A DNA stretch of 64,000 bases from positions 31,414 to 95,413 of the forward strand of contig CAZLER010000002.1 in NCBI GenBank assembly GCA_964558595.1, given 5' to 3'. The translations under genes were made by a program, and so were the position numbers. Position 1 is the stretch's first letter, and each line of letters begins with the position of its first letter. Below, one piece after another: positions 17,610 to 27,921 of this stretch. Under the pieces are notes generated by a model. The model ran no database searches and was not told the DNA's origin. It saw only the letters and a program-made list of their open reading frames with translations. The stretch is from an uncultured Thermotogae bacterium. GTDB lineage: Bacteria > Bipolaricaulota > Bipolaricaulia > UBA7950 > UBA9294.

Positions 17610-20204
17610 ATGGCCATCGAGACGATCCGCCAAGCGGTGGACTACCTCCTCGGACAGACGAATCGTCAGCAGCTGCGGCGATACGAACCGGAGCTGTCGG
17701 CAGTGAACGCCCTCGCCGAGGAGATGCGGGCGCTACCGGACGACGGGCTCCGCTCCCGTGCCGAGGAGCTGCGCCAGCGACGACTCGAGGGGGCATCCCG
17801 CCACGACGTGCGCGCCGAACTGTTCGCGGTCGTGCGGGAGACCGCCGAGCGCACCGTGGGGATGCGTCCGTACGACGTGCAGATCGTCGGGGCGTTGGCG
17901 CTCGACGATCGCCGCATTGCCGAGATGCAGACCGGGGAGGGGAAGACGTTGGTCGCGACGCTTCCCGCCACCCTGAATGCTCTGTCCGGCAAGGTCCATG
18001 TCGTGACGGTCAACGACTACTTGGCCCAGCGGGATCGCGAGTGGATGGGGCCGATCTACGAGGCACTCGGGTTGACCGTCGGCCTCCTCCAGGACGGGAT
18101 GGAGCCGGACGACCGCAAGGCGGCGTACACCGCCGACATCACCTACGGTACGAACAACCAGTTCGGGTTCGACTACCTCCGCGACAACATGGTGTTGACC
18201 GTCGATCGGAAGGTCCAGGGTCCCCTGGACTTCGCCATCGTCGACGAGATCGACAACATTCTCATCGACGAGGCACGGACGCCCCTGATCATCTCGGGAT
18301 CGGCATCGGAGGCGCTCGATCGGTACCGCAAGTTCGCCGCCCTCGCGCGACGGTTCCGCCAGGAGATCGACTTCGAGATCGACGAGGAATCGCGCCGGTT
18401 GACGCTGACCGACAGCGGGATCCACAAAGCGGAAGCGGCCCTGTCGATCGACAACCTCTTCTCACCGGAGCATACCGAGACGCTCCACCACGTGGAAACG
18501 GCCCTGCGCGCTCTCCACCTGTTCCACAAGGAGCAGCACTACATCGTCAAGGAGGGCCGGGTGATGATCGTCGACGAGTTCACCGGCCGATTGATGCCGG
18601 ACCGACGGTACTCGGATGGGTTGCACCAGGCGCTCGAGGCCAAGGAGGGGTTGAAGATCCAGCGCGAGTCGCAGACGCTGGCCCAGATCACCCTCCAGCA
18701 CTACTTCCAGTTGTACGGCGGGCTATGCGGGATGACGGGAACCGCCAAGACCGAGGAAGACGAGTTCAAGCAGATCTACGGTCTTCCCGTTCTCGTCATG
18801 CCGACCAACCGGCCGCTGCGGCGCGAGGCACTCCCCGACCGGATTTTCCGTACGCGCAAGGCGGCGTTCGAGGCGATCGCCGAGGAGATTGCGACGCTGC
18901 ACGAGCAGGGTCGTCCGGTACTGCTCGGGACGAACTCGATCCAGAAGTCGGAGCGGTTGGCGTCGCTGCTGGCGGCCCGGAAGCTTCCCCATCACGTGCT
19001 CAACGCCAAGTATCACGAGCAGGAGGCACAGATCATCGCCGACGCCGGGCAGCGGGGCGCGATCACCGTCGCCACGAACATGGCCGGCCGCGGGACCGAC
19101 ATCAAGCTCGGCGACGGCGTGGCCAAGCTCGGCGGCCTGCACGTGATCGGCGCCCAACGCCACGAATCACGGCGGATCGACAACCAGCTGCTCGGGCGGT
19201 CGGGGCGGCAAGGGGATCCCGGTTCCTCGCAGTTCTACTTGTCGATGGAAGACGACCTTCTCCGCATCTTCGGCGGCGAACGGATCGCGCCGTTGATGGA
19301 TCGGCTGGGGATGACCGAGGGAGAGGCGATCGAGCACGATCTGCTCACCAGCGCCATCCGGCGTGCTCAGAAACGCGTCGAGGGGCGCAACTTCGAGATC
19401 CGCAAGCGCCTGCTGGAGTACGACCTCGTGCTCTCCAAACAACGGGAGGCGGTCTACGCCCTCCGCGATCGGTTCCTCCTCCCGCCGCCGGGTGCCGAGC
19501 GTACCATCGGCCCGGAGGAGGCCGCCGATCTCGAGGTCTACCTGCACGACCTGTTCGAGGAACTGGCGGAGCGGCTCGTCCGCGACCATGTGCCCTCCGG
19601 CCGCCCGCGCGAGGAGTGGAACCTGTCGGGGCTGGCCCATGAGCTGTCGGCGTACGCTCCCCTCGACGAGACGCGCCTGGACGCGCCGAGCGTGGAGGCG
19701 ATCGTCGCGATCGCCGTCGACCACCTCCACCACGCGCTCGCCGCCCAGCGCGAGCGGCTCGGTACGCCGTTCCCGCTCCTGGCGCGCTACATCATCCTCA
19801 CGACGTTCGACGAGGCATGGCGCACCCATCTGTACAACCTGGACGACCTGAAGGGGGGGATCGGCTGGACGGCCTACGGAGGAACCGATCCGTTGGTCGC
19901 GTTCAAGCGGGAGTCGTTCGCCATGTTCCAGGAGATGCTTGCCAACGCCGCGGAGAAGATCGTCCGGATCGTCCTCAATCCGCGTCTCACGGTCTCCACG
20001 GGGGCCCCACCCCGGCGGACGCCCGGCGAGGTCCACTACGTCCACGCCGCGGCGCCGTCCGCCGCGGCGGAACCAAGGGGACAGAAGCAGCGCACATCCT
20101 CCCGTGGCTCGTCGGTCCAGGTCGCGAAGGAGCCCGGACGCAACGATCCCTGCCCTTGTGGGTCGGGGAAGAAGTACAAGAAGTGCTGCGGTCGGGTCGC
20201 GTAG
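17610..20204 (+). CDS. secA: Preprotein translocase ATPase SecA
   Basis: AEMQTGEGKT, VTVNDYLA, FDYLRDN, IVDEIDNIL, TNMAGRGTDI, RIDNQL.GRSGRQGDPG, GRNDPCPCGSGKKYKKCC. Confidence 0.98.
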   Translation: MAIETIRQAVDYLLGQTNRQQLRRYEPELSAVNALAEEMRALPDDGLRSRAEELRQRRLEGASRHDVRAELFAVVRETAERTVGMRPYDVQIVGALALDDRRIAEMQTGEGKTLVATLPATLNALSGKVHVVTVNDYLAQRDREWMGPIYEALGLTVGLLQDGMEPDDRKAAYTADITYGTNNQFGFDYLRDNMVLTVDRKVQGPLDFAIVDEIDNILIDEARTPLIISGSASEALDRYRKFAALARRFRQEIDFEIDEESRRLTLTDSGIHKAEAALSIDNLFSPEHTETLHHVETALRALHLFHKEQHYIVKEGRVMIVDEFTGRLMPDRRYSDGLHQALEAKEGLKIQRESQTLAQITLQHYFQLYGGLCGMTGTAKTEEDEFKQIYGLPVLVMPTNRPLRREALPDRIFRTRKAAFEAIAEEIATLHEQGRPVLLGTNSIQKSERLASLLAARKLPHHVLNAKYHEQEAQIIADAGQRGAITVATNMAGRGTDIKLGDGVAKLGGLHVIGAQRHESRRIDNQLLGRSGRQGDPGSSQFYLSMEDDLLRIFGGERIAPLMDRLGMTEGEAIEHDLLTSAIRRAQKRVEGRNFEIRKRLLEYDLVLSKQREAVYALRDRFLLPPPGAERTIGPEEAADLEVYLHDLFEELAERLVRDHVPSGRPREEWNLSGLAHELSAYAPLDETRLDAPSVEAIVAIAVDHLHHALAAQRERLGTPFPLLARYIILTTFDEAWRTHLYNLDDLKGGIGWTAYGGTDPLVAFKRESFAMFQEMLANAAEKIVRIVLNPRLTVSTGAPPRRTPGEVHYVHAAAPSAAAEPRGQKQRTSSRGSSVQVAKEPGRNDPCPCGSGKKYKKCCGRVA

Positions 20205-20271
20205 CGGTCTTCTCGCGCCCAATCCGTCCTGCCCGCCGCGTGTTGCACCTCGATTGCCGACTGCTCGCGTG

Positions 20272-20300
20272 TTGACAGCGTCCGGCCCACGGACTACCAT
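20272..20300 (+). promoter_or_regulatory. Sigma70 promoter of the hrcA-grpE-dnaK-dnaJ operon
   Basis: TTGACA (20272-20277), 17 nt, TACCAT (20295-20300). Confidence 0.8.
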
Positions 20301-20326
20301 TAGCAAACTGACATGCAGAGTGCTAA
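20300..20326 (+). promoter_or_regulatory. CIRCE element (HrcA operator)
   Basis: TTAGCAAAC-N9-GAGTGCTAA versus consensus TTAGCACTC-N9-GAGTGCTAA; immediately upstream of hrcA. Confidence 0.88.
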
Positions 20327-20327
20327 T

Positions 20328-21386
20328 GTGAGAGATCTCCCCGAGAGACAGCGGCTGATCCTGAAGGAAATCGTCGACCGGTACATCCGGTTCCGCGACC
20401 CTGTGTCGTCGCGGATGATACTCGAGGATTACGGACTGGCGGTCAGTTCGGCCACCGTCCGCAACGACATGAACGATCTCGAGGCGGCGGGGTTCATCGA
20501 GAAGCCGTACGCCTCGTCGGGGAGGATCCCCACCAAGCGAGGATACCGGTTCTTTGTCGAGTGGTTGCTTGATCTATCGGAACTCACCCGAGAGGAGCGG
20601 CTGGAGATCGCTGAGCTCGTGGAGGCGAGGTGCGTCGACCTGTCGGAGACGATCCGCCAGACGGCGTTCCTGTTGGGCAACATCACCGGGGGTGCGTCGT
20701 TCGTCGTCCCGCCACGACCGGAGAAGACACGTCTCGAACGGGTCGTTCTCCAGCGGGCCGCCGAGCGGACGGTATTCCTGGTGATCGTGACCGACGTCGG
20801 CGTGGTCGAGCACGGCCTCGTGCCGCTCGACGACGATCTCACCGACCACGAGGTCGATCAGATCATGCAGCTGATCAACGAGAACCTCCAGGGTGTGGTG
20901 CTGTCCGACGTACAGTCCCTCCTGCCGATCGATGAGCCGGACGGCTGGTACGAGCGCTCCGTCCGCCAGGCGATCATGATGCTGCAGCACCTGCTGAAGC
21001 GGCGGATGCAGCGGCCGGTACGCTTCGATGGGTTGCTCAACCTGACCGACGCGCTGCAGGAAACCGCCCCCGAGCGGGCGATGGCCCATTTCGCCGGGTT
21101 CAGCCGTGCGATCCGAAACGAGACCGAGTTTCTCCGAGCGTTGTCCACCTCCCGCGAAAACAAGGGGGGGCTCGTCGTCAACGTGGGCGACTTTCCGCGG
21201 GCCGGATTGGAGGAGTTCAGCGTCATCAGCTGCGCGTACCGGCCCCATGCCGGGGTCCTCGGGGTGATCGGCCCGCTCTGGATGGATTACGGCCGTGCGT
21301 TGTCGACGACGAGCTACGTCGCCCACCGCTTGGAGGGGTTGCTGATGAACTCCATGGCACAGAGCTCCGGAGGGATGACGACATGA
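20328..21386 (+). CDS. hrcA: Heat-inducible transcription repressor HrcA
   Basis: RQ.LIL..IV..YI....PVSS, SSATVRNDM..LE..G, SSGRIPT..GYRFFV, GVIGP; GTG start preferred because the ORF-track ATG at 20313 lies inside CIRCE. Confidence 0.95.
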   Translation: MRDLPERQRLILKEIVDRYIRFRDPVSSRMILEDYGLAVSSATVRNDMNDLEAAGFIEKPYASSGRIPTKRGYRFFVEWLLDLSELTREERLEIAELVEARCVDLSETIRQTAFLLGNITGGASFVVPPRPEKTRLERVVLQRAAERTVFLVIVTDVGVVEHGLVPLDDDLTDHEVDQIMQLINENLQGVVLSDVQSLLPIDEPDGWYERSVRQAIMMLQHLLKRRMQRPVRFDGLLNLTDALQETAPERAMAHFAGFSRAIRNETEFLRALSTSRENKGGLVVNVGDFPRAGLEEFSVISCAYRPHAGVLGVIGPLWMDYGRALSTTSYVAHRLEGLLMNSMAQSSGGMTT

Positions 21387-21895
21387 GGGAAGACGAAAAG
21401 CAGCATGACTCCGCAGGCGACGAGGTGCAGGAGACGGTCGGTTCGTCCGAGGACGAGCTTCGAAGCTGCCTCGACCGGCTGCAGCGTCTGCAGGCGGAGT
21501 TCGAGAACTACAAGAAGCGTACGCTACGCGACGCGGAGATGCGCGAGGAGCGATGCATCGATCAGGCGCTCCTGGACGTGCTCGTCCTCTACGACAATCT
21601 GGAGCGCGCGTTCACCAGCTACGGGGCGGATCGAAACGTGGACGCGTTCGTTACCGGGATCGAGCAGATCTTCGCCCAGTTCGCCCAGCTCCTCGAGCGC
21701 CGCGGCATCGAGCGGATCCCGTCGGTGGGGGTTCCGTTCGATCCTTCGCTGCACGAGGCGCTGCTCTCGGTCGCAAGCGACCAGGACAAGAACACGATCG
21801 TCGAGGAGTTCGCCACGGGATATCGACGAGACGGGCGGGTCCTGCGGCCAAGCAAGGTCGCGGTGAGCGACGGGCCCGCCACAGAGGAGGCATGA
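21383..21895 (+). CDS. grpE: Nucleotide exchange factor GrpE
   Basis: [22 protein letters not shown]....RVLRP.KV. Confidence 0.95.
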   Translation: MREDEKQHDSAGDEVQETVGSSEDELRSCLDRLQRLQAEFENYKKRTLRDAEMREERCIDQALLDVLVLYDNLERAFTSYGADRNVDAFVTGIEQIFAQFAQLLERRGIERIPSVGVPFDPSLHEALLSVASDQDKNTIVEEFATGYRRDGRVLRPSKVAVSDGPATEEA

Positions 21896-21897
21896 CC

Positions 21898-23748
21898 ATG
21901 AAAGAGAAAATCATCGGCATCGACTTGGGAACGACCAATTCGTGCGTCGCCGTCCTGGAGGGCGGGACGCCGGAGGTCATTACGAATGCGGAGGGTGAGC
22001 GGATCACGCCGTCCGTCGTGGCGTTCACCGAATCCGGTGAGCGACTCGTCGGTCGGCTCGCCAAACGCCAATCGATCACCAATCCCGGCAACACGGTGGC
22101 ATCGATCAAACGCGAGATGGGTACCGACCACCGCGTGACGATCAGCACCGATGGGAAGAGCGAAACGTACAGCCCTGAGCAGATTTCGGCGATGATCCTG
22201 CAGAAGATGAAGACCGACGCCGAGGCCCACCTCGGAGGCAAGGTGAACAAGGCGGTGATCACCGTCCCGGCGTACTTCAATGACTCGCAGCGACAGGCAA
22301 CGAAGGACGCGGGGAAGATCGCCGGGCTCGAGGTCATGCGGATCATCAACGAGCCGACGGCGGCGGCGCTGGCCTACGGGCTGGATAAGGAGCACGACCA
22401 GACGATCCTGGTCTATGACCTCGGCGGTGGCACGTTCGACGTATCGATCCTCGAGATCGGCGATGGCGTGTTCGACGTGCTCGCCACCGACGGGGACACC
22501 CGCCTCGGAGGCGACGATTTCGACCAGCGGATCATCGACTGGTTGGTCGACGACTTCCGCAAGGACACGGGGATCGACCTGTCCAAAGATCCCAGCGCAG
22601 TGCAGCGGCTGAAGGACGCAGCGGAGGCGGCCAAGAAGGAGCTGTCCAGTCGCGTGGAGACGACGATTCATCTCCCCTACATCACCGCCGACGCCAGCGG
22701 GCCGAAGCACCTGGAGAAGAAGCTATCCCGGGCGAAGTTCGAAGGGATGATCGACGATTACCTCCAGCGAACGATCCAAGTGGTCGACGGGACACTCCGC
22801 GAGGCAGGCAAGGGTCCCGATGACATCGACCAGGTCGTATTGGTCGGCGGCTCGACCCGGATTCCCAAGGTCCAGGAGCTGATCGCTAGCCGGGTCCCCG
22901 GCAAGACGAACCGCGAGATCAACCCCGATGAGGTCGTCGCCGCCGGGGCCGCGCTGCAGGGCGGCGTACTCGCCGGGGAGGTCGACGAGATCGTCCTCCT
23001 CGATGTGACCCCGCTGACGCTGTCGATCGAGACGCTGGGCGGCGTGGCGACCCCGTTGATCGAGCGGAACACGACGATCCCGACCGAGAAGACGAAGACG
23101 TTCACCACCGCCGAGGACAACCAGCCGGCGGTGGAGGTCCACGTCGTGCAGGGCGAGCGGCAGATGGCCGCCGACAACAAGTCGCTCGGCAAGTTCCAGC
23201 TGACGGGCCTGCCGCCGGCGCCGCGGGGGGTTCCCCAGATCGATGTCACGTTCAACATCGATGCCGACGGGATCCTCCACGTCACCGCCAAGGACAAGGC
23301 GACGTCGAAGAGCTCGTCGATCACGATCAAGGATTCGTCCCGTCTCGACGAAGGCGAGATCGAGCGGATGCGCAAGGAAGCCGAGGAGCACGCCGACGAG
23401 GACCGGAAGAAGGCCGAGCTCATCGAGGCGCGCAACCAGGCCGATCAGCTGATCTACTCTGTCGAGAAGTCGCTCTCCGATCTGGGCGAGAAGGTCGACG
23501 GCGCAACCCGCTCCGACCTCGAGGATCGGCTCCGCCGGCTGCGGCAGAAGCTCGATGAGAACGCGAGCCTCGCCGACATCCGTCGAGAGACCGAGGAGCT
23601 CGCCAAGGCGTCCCAGCAGCTGGCCACGCAGGCCTACCAGCAGACGGAGGCCGCCGAGGGCGCGTCGCCGGATGGCGGCGGCGAAGCCGGAGCGAGCGAT
23701 GAGGAAGACGACGGCGAGTACATCGACGCCGAGTACGACGAGCAGTGA
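21898..23748 (+). CDS. dnaK: Chaperone DnaK
   Basis: [46 protein letters not shown]; alternative ATG at 21892. Confidence 0.98.
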   Translation: MKEKIIGIDLGTTNSCVAVLEGGTPEVITNAEGERITPSVVAFTESGERLVGRLAKRQSITNPGNTVASIKREMGTDHRVTISTDGKSETYSPEQISAMILQKMKTDAEAHLGGKVNKAVITVPAYFNDSQRQATKDAGKIAGLEVMRIINEPTAAALAYGLDKEHDQTILVYDLGGGTFDVSILEIGDGVFDVLATDGDTRLGGDDFDQRIIDWLVDDFRKDTGIDLSKDPSAVQRLKDAAEAAKKELSSRVETTIHLPYITADASGPKHLEKKLSRAKFEGMIDDYLQRTIQVVDGTLREAGKGPDDIDQVVLVGGSTRIPKVQELIASRVPGKTNREINPDEVVAAGAALQGGVLAGEVDEIVLLDVTPLTLSIETLGGVATPLIERNTTIPTEKTKTFTTAEDNQPAVEVHVVQGERQMAADNKSLGKFQLTGLPPAPRGVPQIDVTFNIDADGILHVTAKDKATSKSSSITIKDSSRLDEGEIERMRKEAEEHADEDRKKAELIEARNQADQLIYSVEKSLSDLGEKVDGATRSDLEDRLRRLRQKLDENASLADIRRETEELAKASQQLATQAYQQTEAAEGASPDGGGEAGASDEEDDGEYIDAEYDEQ

Positions 23749-23777
23749 TCGGTAACCCAACGGCGTAAGGAGAGGGC

Positions 23778-24875
23778 GTGGCCAAGCAGGACTACTACGA
23801 GATCCTCGGCGTCGCTCGCGATGCGAGCGACGCCGACATCAAACGGGCGTATCGACGCAAGGCGAAGGAACTCCATCCGGATCGGAATCCGAAGGACCGC
23901 AGCCGGGCCGAGGGGGAGTTCAAACGGGTCGCCGAGGCGTACGAGGTCCTGTCGGATCCGCAGAAACGCGCCCAGTACGACCGCTACGGCCACGCCGGGC
24001 CCGATCAGGGGTTCACCTTTGGCGACACCGACTTCCATCGCGCCCGGGAGGCGTACCGGGAGTTCGGCTTCGGCGGCGTCGACGATATCTTCGATCTGTT
24101 CTTCCGGCAGGGCGGGATGCGGAACCGTCAGCAACAGCGCTCCCGTCGCGGCGAGAGTATCGAGTACAAGCTGCGGATCACGCTCGAGGACGCGGCACAC
24201 GGCACGAAGATGACCGTCACCGTTCCCCGATTGGTTCGCTGCGACGTGTGTTCCGGAAGCGGCATGGAGCCCGGTAGCTCGAAGCGCAGCTGCCCGACCT
24301 GCAACGGCCGCGGGCAGATCGAATACCGCCAGCAGAGCCTCCTGGGCAGCTTCATCAACGTCCGCGGCTGCCCCGAGTGCCATGGGACCGGGGAGCTGAT
24401 CGAACAGCCGTGCCGTCGTTGTCGCGGGGCCGGCCGGGTCAAGGAGAAGAGCAAGATCTCGATCAATGTCCCCCCCGGCGTCGACAACGGTTCCCGGCTA
24501 CGGCTGCGGGGACAGGGGAACGCCGGGCTCGATGGAGGTCCGAGCGGCGACCTGTTCATCGTGATCGAGCTGATCCCCCATCCGTCGTTCCGCCGCGAGG
24601 GGACGGACATCCGATCCCGGGTGACGATCAGCTATCCGCAGGCGGCGCTCGGCACGAAGATCGCCGTCGACACCCTGTGGGGGGAGGAGACGTTGACCGT
24701 ACCCGCGGGCACCCAACCCGGCGAGGTGTTCCGGTTGCGCGGCAAGGGAATCGCCAACGTTCATCGCGGCGGAGGGAAGGGGGATCACCTCGTCGAAGTC
24801 ACGGTGGGGGTTCCCGACAAGCTCACCGCCAAGCAGCGCCGGGCGCTGGAAGCGTACGCCGAGACGCTCGGCTAG
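23778..24875 (+). CDS. dnaJ: Chaperone DnaJ
   Basis: J-domain with HPD, four CxxCxGxG repeats. Confidence 0.98.
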   Translation: MAKQDYYEILGVARDASDADIKRAYRRKAKELHPDRNPKDRSRAEGEFKRVAEAYEVLSDPQKRAQYDRYGHAGPDQGFTFGDTDFHRAREAYREFGFGGVDDIFDLFFRQGGMRNRQQQRSRRGESIEYKLRITLEDAAHGTKMTVTVPRLVRCDVCSGSGMEPGSSKRSCPTCNGRGQIEYRQQSLLGSFINVRGCPECHGTGELIEQPCRRCRGAGRVKEKSKISINVPPGVDNGSRLRLRGQGNAGLDGGPSGDLFIVIELIPHPSFRREGTDIRSRVTISYPQAALGTKIAVDTLWGEETLTVPAGTQPGEVFRLRGKGIANVHRGGGKGDHLVEVTVGVPDKLTAKQRRALEAYAETLG

Positions 24876-25474
24876 AGCTCGCCGGTAGCGATCAGATCCG
24901 CGAGCAGGAGGCGCATCCTGGAGAGGGCGTGCATCCGATGGCTGATCCGGTTTTTCTCGGCGACGGTCAACTGCGCCAATGTCCGCGTTTCCCCAGCGGG
25001 AACGAACAACGGATCGTATCCGAATCCGGCGGAGCCGGCGGGGGCCTCCCCGATCCAACCGCGAAGCACGCCGGTGCAGACGAACGTCTGGCCGTCCGGT
25101 AGCTGCAACGCCGCAACCGCCAGGAAGCGGGCACGCCGATCGGTCACCCCGGCGAGCTGCTTCAACAGCAACGCGTTGTTCCGCGCGACATCGACCGGCT
25201 CGCCGGAGAACCGGGCCGACCGTACCCCGGGGGCACCGGCCAGTGCCGCCACCTCCAGACCGGCGTCCTCGGCGAGCACCGGAAGGCCGGTCTCCCGGCA
25301 GATCTGAGAAACCTTGAGCAAGGCGTTGTCCAGGAACGTCGTCCCGTTCTCCACCACGACGGAGAACGGACGGTCGTGAAACGTAAGGAGCTCCAGGCCC
25401 GCAACGGAGGCCAGGAGCTCCACGGCTTCTTCGATCTTCCCCTCGTTCTTGGTGCCGAGGAGAAGCCGGATCAT
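24872..25474 (-). CDS. rdgB: Non-canonical purine NTP pyrophosphatase (RdgB/HAM1)
   Basis: [33 protein letters not shown]. Confidence 0.94.
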   Translation of the reverse strand: MIRLLLGTKNEGKIEEAVELLASVAGLELLTFHDRPFSVVVENGTTFLDNALLKVSQICRETGLPVLAEDAGLEVAALAGAPGVRSARFSGEPVDVARNNALLLKQLAGVTDRRARFLAVAALQLPDGQTFVCTGVLRGWIGEAPAGSAGFGYDPLFVPAGETRTLAQLTVAEKNRISHRMHALSRMRLLLADLIATGEL

Positions 25475-26517
25475 TCGCTCTTGATCGGCTGGAGGTCGAG
25501 CGAATCGGCGAAGTGGCAGGTGGCGAAATGCTGGTCGCCGAGATCCCGATACTCGGGCGCCTCGCTCTTGCAAATGTCCTTGGCGTAGCGACACCGGGGA
25601 TGGAAGTAGCAGCCCGACGGCGGGGCGACCGGGCTGGGAACGTCCCCCTCGAGCAGGATCCGTTCCACGTGCCAGTCGGGGTCCGGCACCGGCACCGCCG
25701 ACATCAGCGCCTCGGTATACGGATGCTTGGGATCGGTGAACAGCTTCTCGGTCTTCGCCAGCTCGGCGATCTTACCCAAGTACATCACGGCGACGCGGGT
25801 GCTGATGTGTCGGACGACCGACAGATCGTGGGCGATGAACAGGTAGGTGAGCCCAAACTCCCCCTGGAGATCCTCGAGCAGGTTGATCACCTGGGCCTGG
25901 ATCGACACGTCGAGCGCCGACACCGGCTCGTCGCAGATGATCAGCTGGGGATCGAGGGCCAACGCACGGGCCACACCGATCCGCTGGCGCTGACCGCCGG
26001 AGAACTCGTGCGGATAACGCTTCATATGGTCCGGCTTCAGCCCGACCGCTGCCAGCAGCGCCTTGACCCGCTCTTCGCGCTCCGCTCCTCGGGCCATCCC
26101 GTGGACGAGCAGCGGCTCGCCGACGATCGCCCCGACAGTCATCCGAGGGTTCAACGACGAGTAGGGATCCTGGAAGATAATCTGCATCTCGCGCCGCAGC
26201 GCCTTGAGCTCCTTCCGGGAAACCTTGGCGACGTCGATCTCACGCGATTCTTCACCGCGGGCGGCTAGCTTCTTGCTCCGGAACAGGACGTCCCCCCCCG
26301 TCGGTTCGATCAGCCGGAGGATCGTCCGCCCCGCGGTCGTCTTTCCGCAGCCACTCTCGCCCACCAGGCCGAGTGTTTCCCCCTCGGGAATGAACATATC
26401 GACCTTGTCGACAGCCTTGACGTGGGCCACGGTACGTCGGAAGACGCCCTTGCGAACGGGGAAGTACTTCACAAGCCCCTTGACGTCGAGAAGGATGTTA
26501 TCGGAAGGCAAACTCAT
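25471..26517 (-). CDS. Oligo/dipeptide ABC transporter ATP-binding protein (OppF/AppF-like)
   Basis: [51 protein letters not shown]. Confidence 0.93.
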   Translation of the reverse strand: MSLPSDNILLDVKGLVKYFPVRKGVFRRTVAHVKAVDKVDMFIPEGETLGLVGESGCGKTTAGRTILRLIEPTGGDVLFRSKKLAARGEESREIDVAKVSRKELKALRREMQIIFQDPYSSLNPRMTVGAIVGEPLLVHGMARGAEREERVKALLAAVGLKPDHMKRYPHEFSGGQRQRIGVARALALDPQLIICDEPVSALDVSIQAQVINLLEDLQGEFGLTYLFIAHDLSVVRHISTRVAVMYLGKIAELAKTEKLFTDPKHPYTEALMSAVPVPDPDWHVERILLEGDVPSPVAPPSGCYFHPRCRYAKDICKSEAPEYRDLGDQHFATCHFADSLDLQPIKSE

Positions 26518-26527
26518 CACCTCTTTG

Positions 26528-27508
26528 TCACTCGTAGAGCCAACAGGCCGCTCGGTGGCCCGGCGCCACTTCCTTCAACTCCGGCATCCTCGTCTTGCAG
26601 ATCTCCATGGCGTGAGGACACCTCGGCTCGAACCCGCAGCCCTCGGGCACCTCGAACGGATCCGGGACGACCCCCTTGATCGGCTCCAGCCGATTCCTCC
26701 GGGACACCAACGACGGAATGGAGTTCATCAACCCCTGGGTGTAGGGATGCTTCGGATTGTGGAACACCTCACCCACCGATGCCCCCTCGACGATCCGGCC
26801 GAGGTACATGACCACCACGTCGTCGGCCATTCCCGCGATCACGCCGAGGTCGTGCGTGATGAACTGGATCGCCGCCTGGAACTCCTGGCGCAGCTTGTTC
26901 ATCAGCTCCAGCACCTGAGCCTGAATCGTCACATCGAGCGCCGTCGTGGGCTCGTCGGCGATGAGGAGGGAAGGATTACAGGAGAGGGCCATCGCGATCA
27001 TCGCCCGCTGCCGCATCCCACCGGACAGCTGGTGCGGGTATTCGTCGACCCGCTGCTCGGGGAGGGGAATCCCCACCTCGCGGAGCATGTCGATCGCCCG
27101 TTGCTTCGCCTTCTTCTTGTCGAGCTTCTGGTGGAGGATGATCGCCTCCATGATCTGGTTGCCGATCGTGTAGACGGGGTTCAGCGACGTCATCGGCTCC
27201 TGGAAGATCATCGCGATCTCGTTGCCGCGGATCGACCGCATCTGTCGTCCCTTGGGATCGAATTTCGTCAGATCCATCACCCGATCGCGACGGTGGAATA
27301 GGATCTCCCCGGCCTCGATCTTGCCCGGCGGCATCTGGACCAAGCCCATGATCGACAACGCGGTCACGGATTTGCCGCACCCGCTCTCTCCCACGACCCC
27401 GAGCGTCTTCTCTTGCTCGATGACGTAGTCGACCCCGTCCACGGCACGGACCACACCGTCCTCCGTGTAGAAGTACGTCTTCAGACCTTTGACCTCGATT
27501 AGCGGCAC
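26528..27508 (-). CDS. Oligo/dipeptide ABC transporter ATP-binding protein (OppD/DppD-like)
   Basis: [47 protein letters not shown]. Confidence 0.93.
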   Translation of the reverse strand: MPLIEVKGLKTYFYTEDGVVRAVDGVDYVIEQEKTLGVVGESGCGKSVTALSIMGLVQMPPGKIEAGEILFHRRDRVMDLTKFDPKGRQMRSIRGNEIAMIFQEPMTSLNPVYTIGNQIMEAIILHQKLDKKKAKQRAIDMLREVGIPLPEQRVDEYPHQLSGGMRQRAMIAMALSCNPSLLIADEPTTALDVTIQAQVLELMNKLRQEFQAAIQFITHDLGVIAGMADDVVVMYLGRIVEGASVGEVFHNPKHPYTQGLMNSIPSLVSRRNRLEPIKGVVPDPFEVPEGCGFEPRCPHAMEICKTRMPELKEVAPGHRAACWLYE

Positions 27509-27532
27509 CGGTCCTCCCTCCTCAATACGCTC

Positions 27533-27757
27533 CTAAAGGATCGATAATACGAAGCCAAGCAGCATGAATCCAACGGCCAGTGAGATCGTCACCGTGCGCT
27601 TGGGATCCTTGACTTCGTCGCGGCCGAACACGGTGCTCGACATCCCCGACCCGAAGGCGCCGCCGAGGCCGGAATGCTCGCTCATCTGAAGCAGGATCAA
27701 CCCCATCAGCGCTAGACAGTCCAAGAAAAACAAGACCTCCAGGATGACTCGCCACAT
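27533..27757 (-). CDS. secG: Preprotein translocase subunit SecG
   Basis: 74 aa, two TM segments, LILLQ...GLGGAFG.G. Confidence 0.85.
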   Translation of the reverse strand: MWRVILEVLFFLDCLALMGLILLQMSEHSGLGGAFGSGMSSTVFGRDEVKDPKRTVTISLAVGFMLLGFVLSIL

Positions 27758-27921
27758 GACTTGCTGGTCCTTTCTCAATTCCTTTGGGGTGTCTGGCGTC
27801 GAAGGATTATAGCATAAACGTTTGGGCGCCTCAATGTCCCAACGGGAAAGGCCTTGCGCCGGTTTGGGCGTTTCCGTATCCTGCCATCGAGCGCAGCTCG
27901 AAAGGCAGGTGGCTTCGTATC

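Noticed and set aside
20313-20327. ORF-track ATG start for hrcA
   Set aside because: It lies inside the CIRCE spacer; GTG at 20328 gives the usual short HrcA N-terminus
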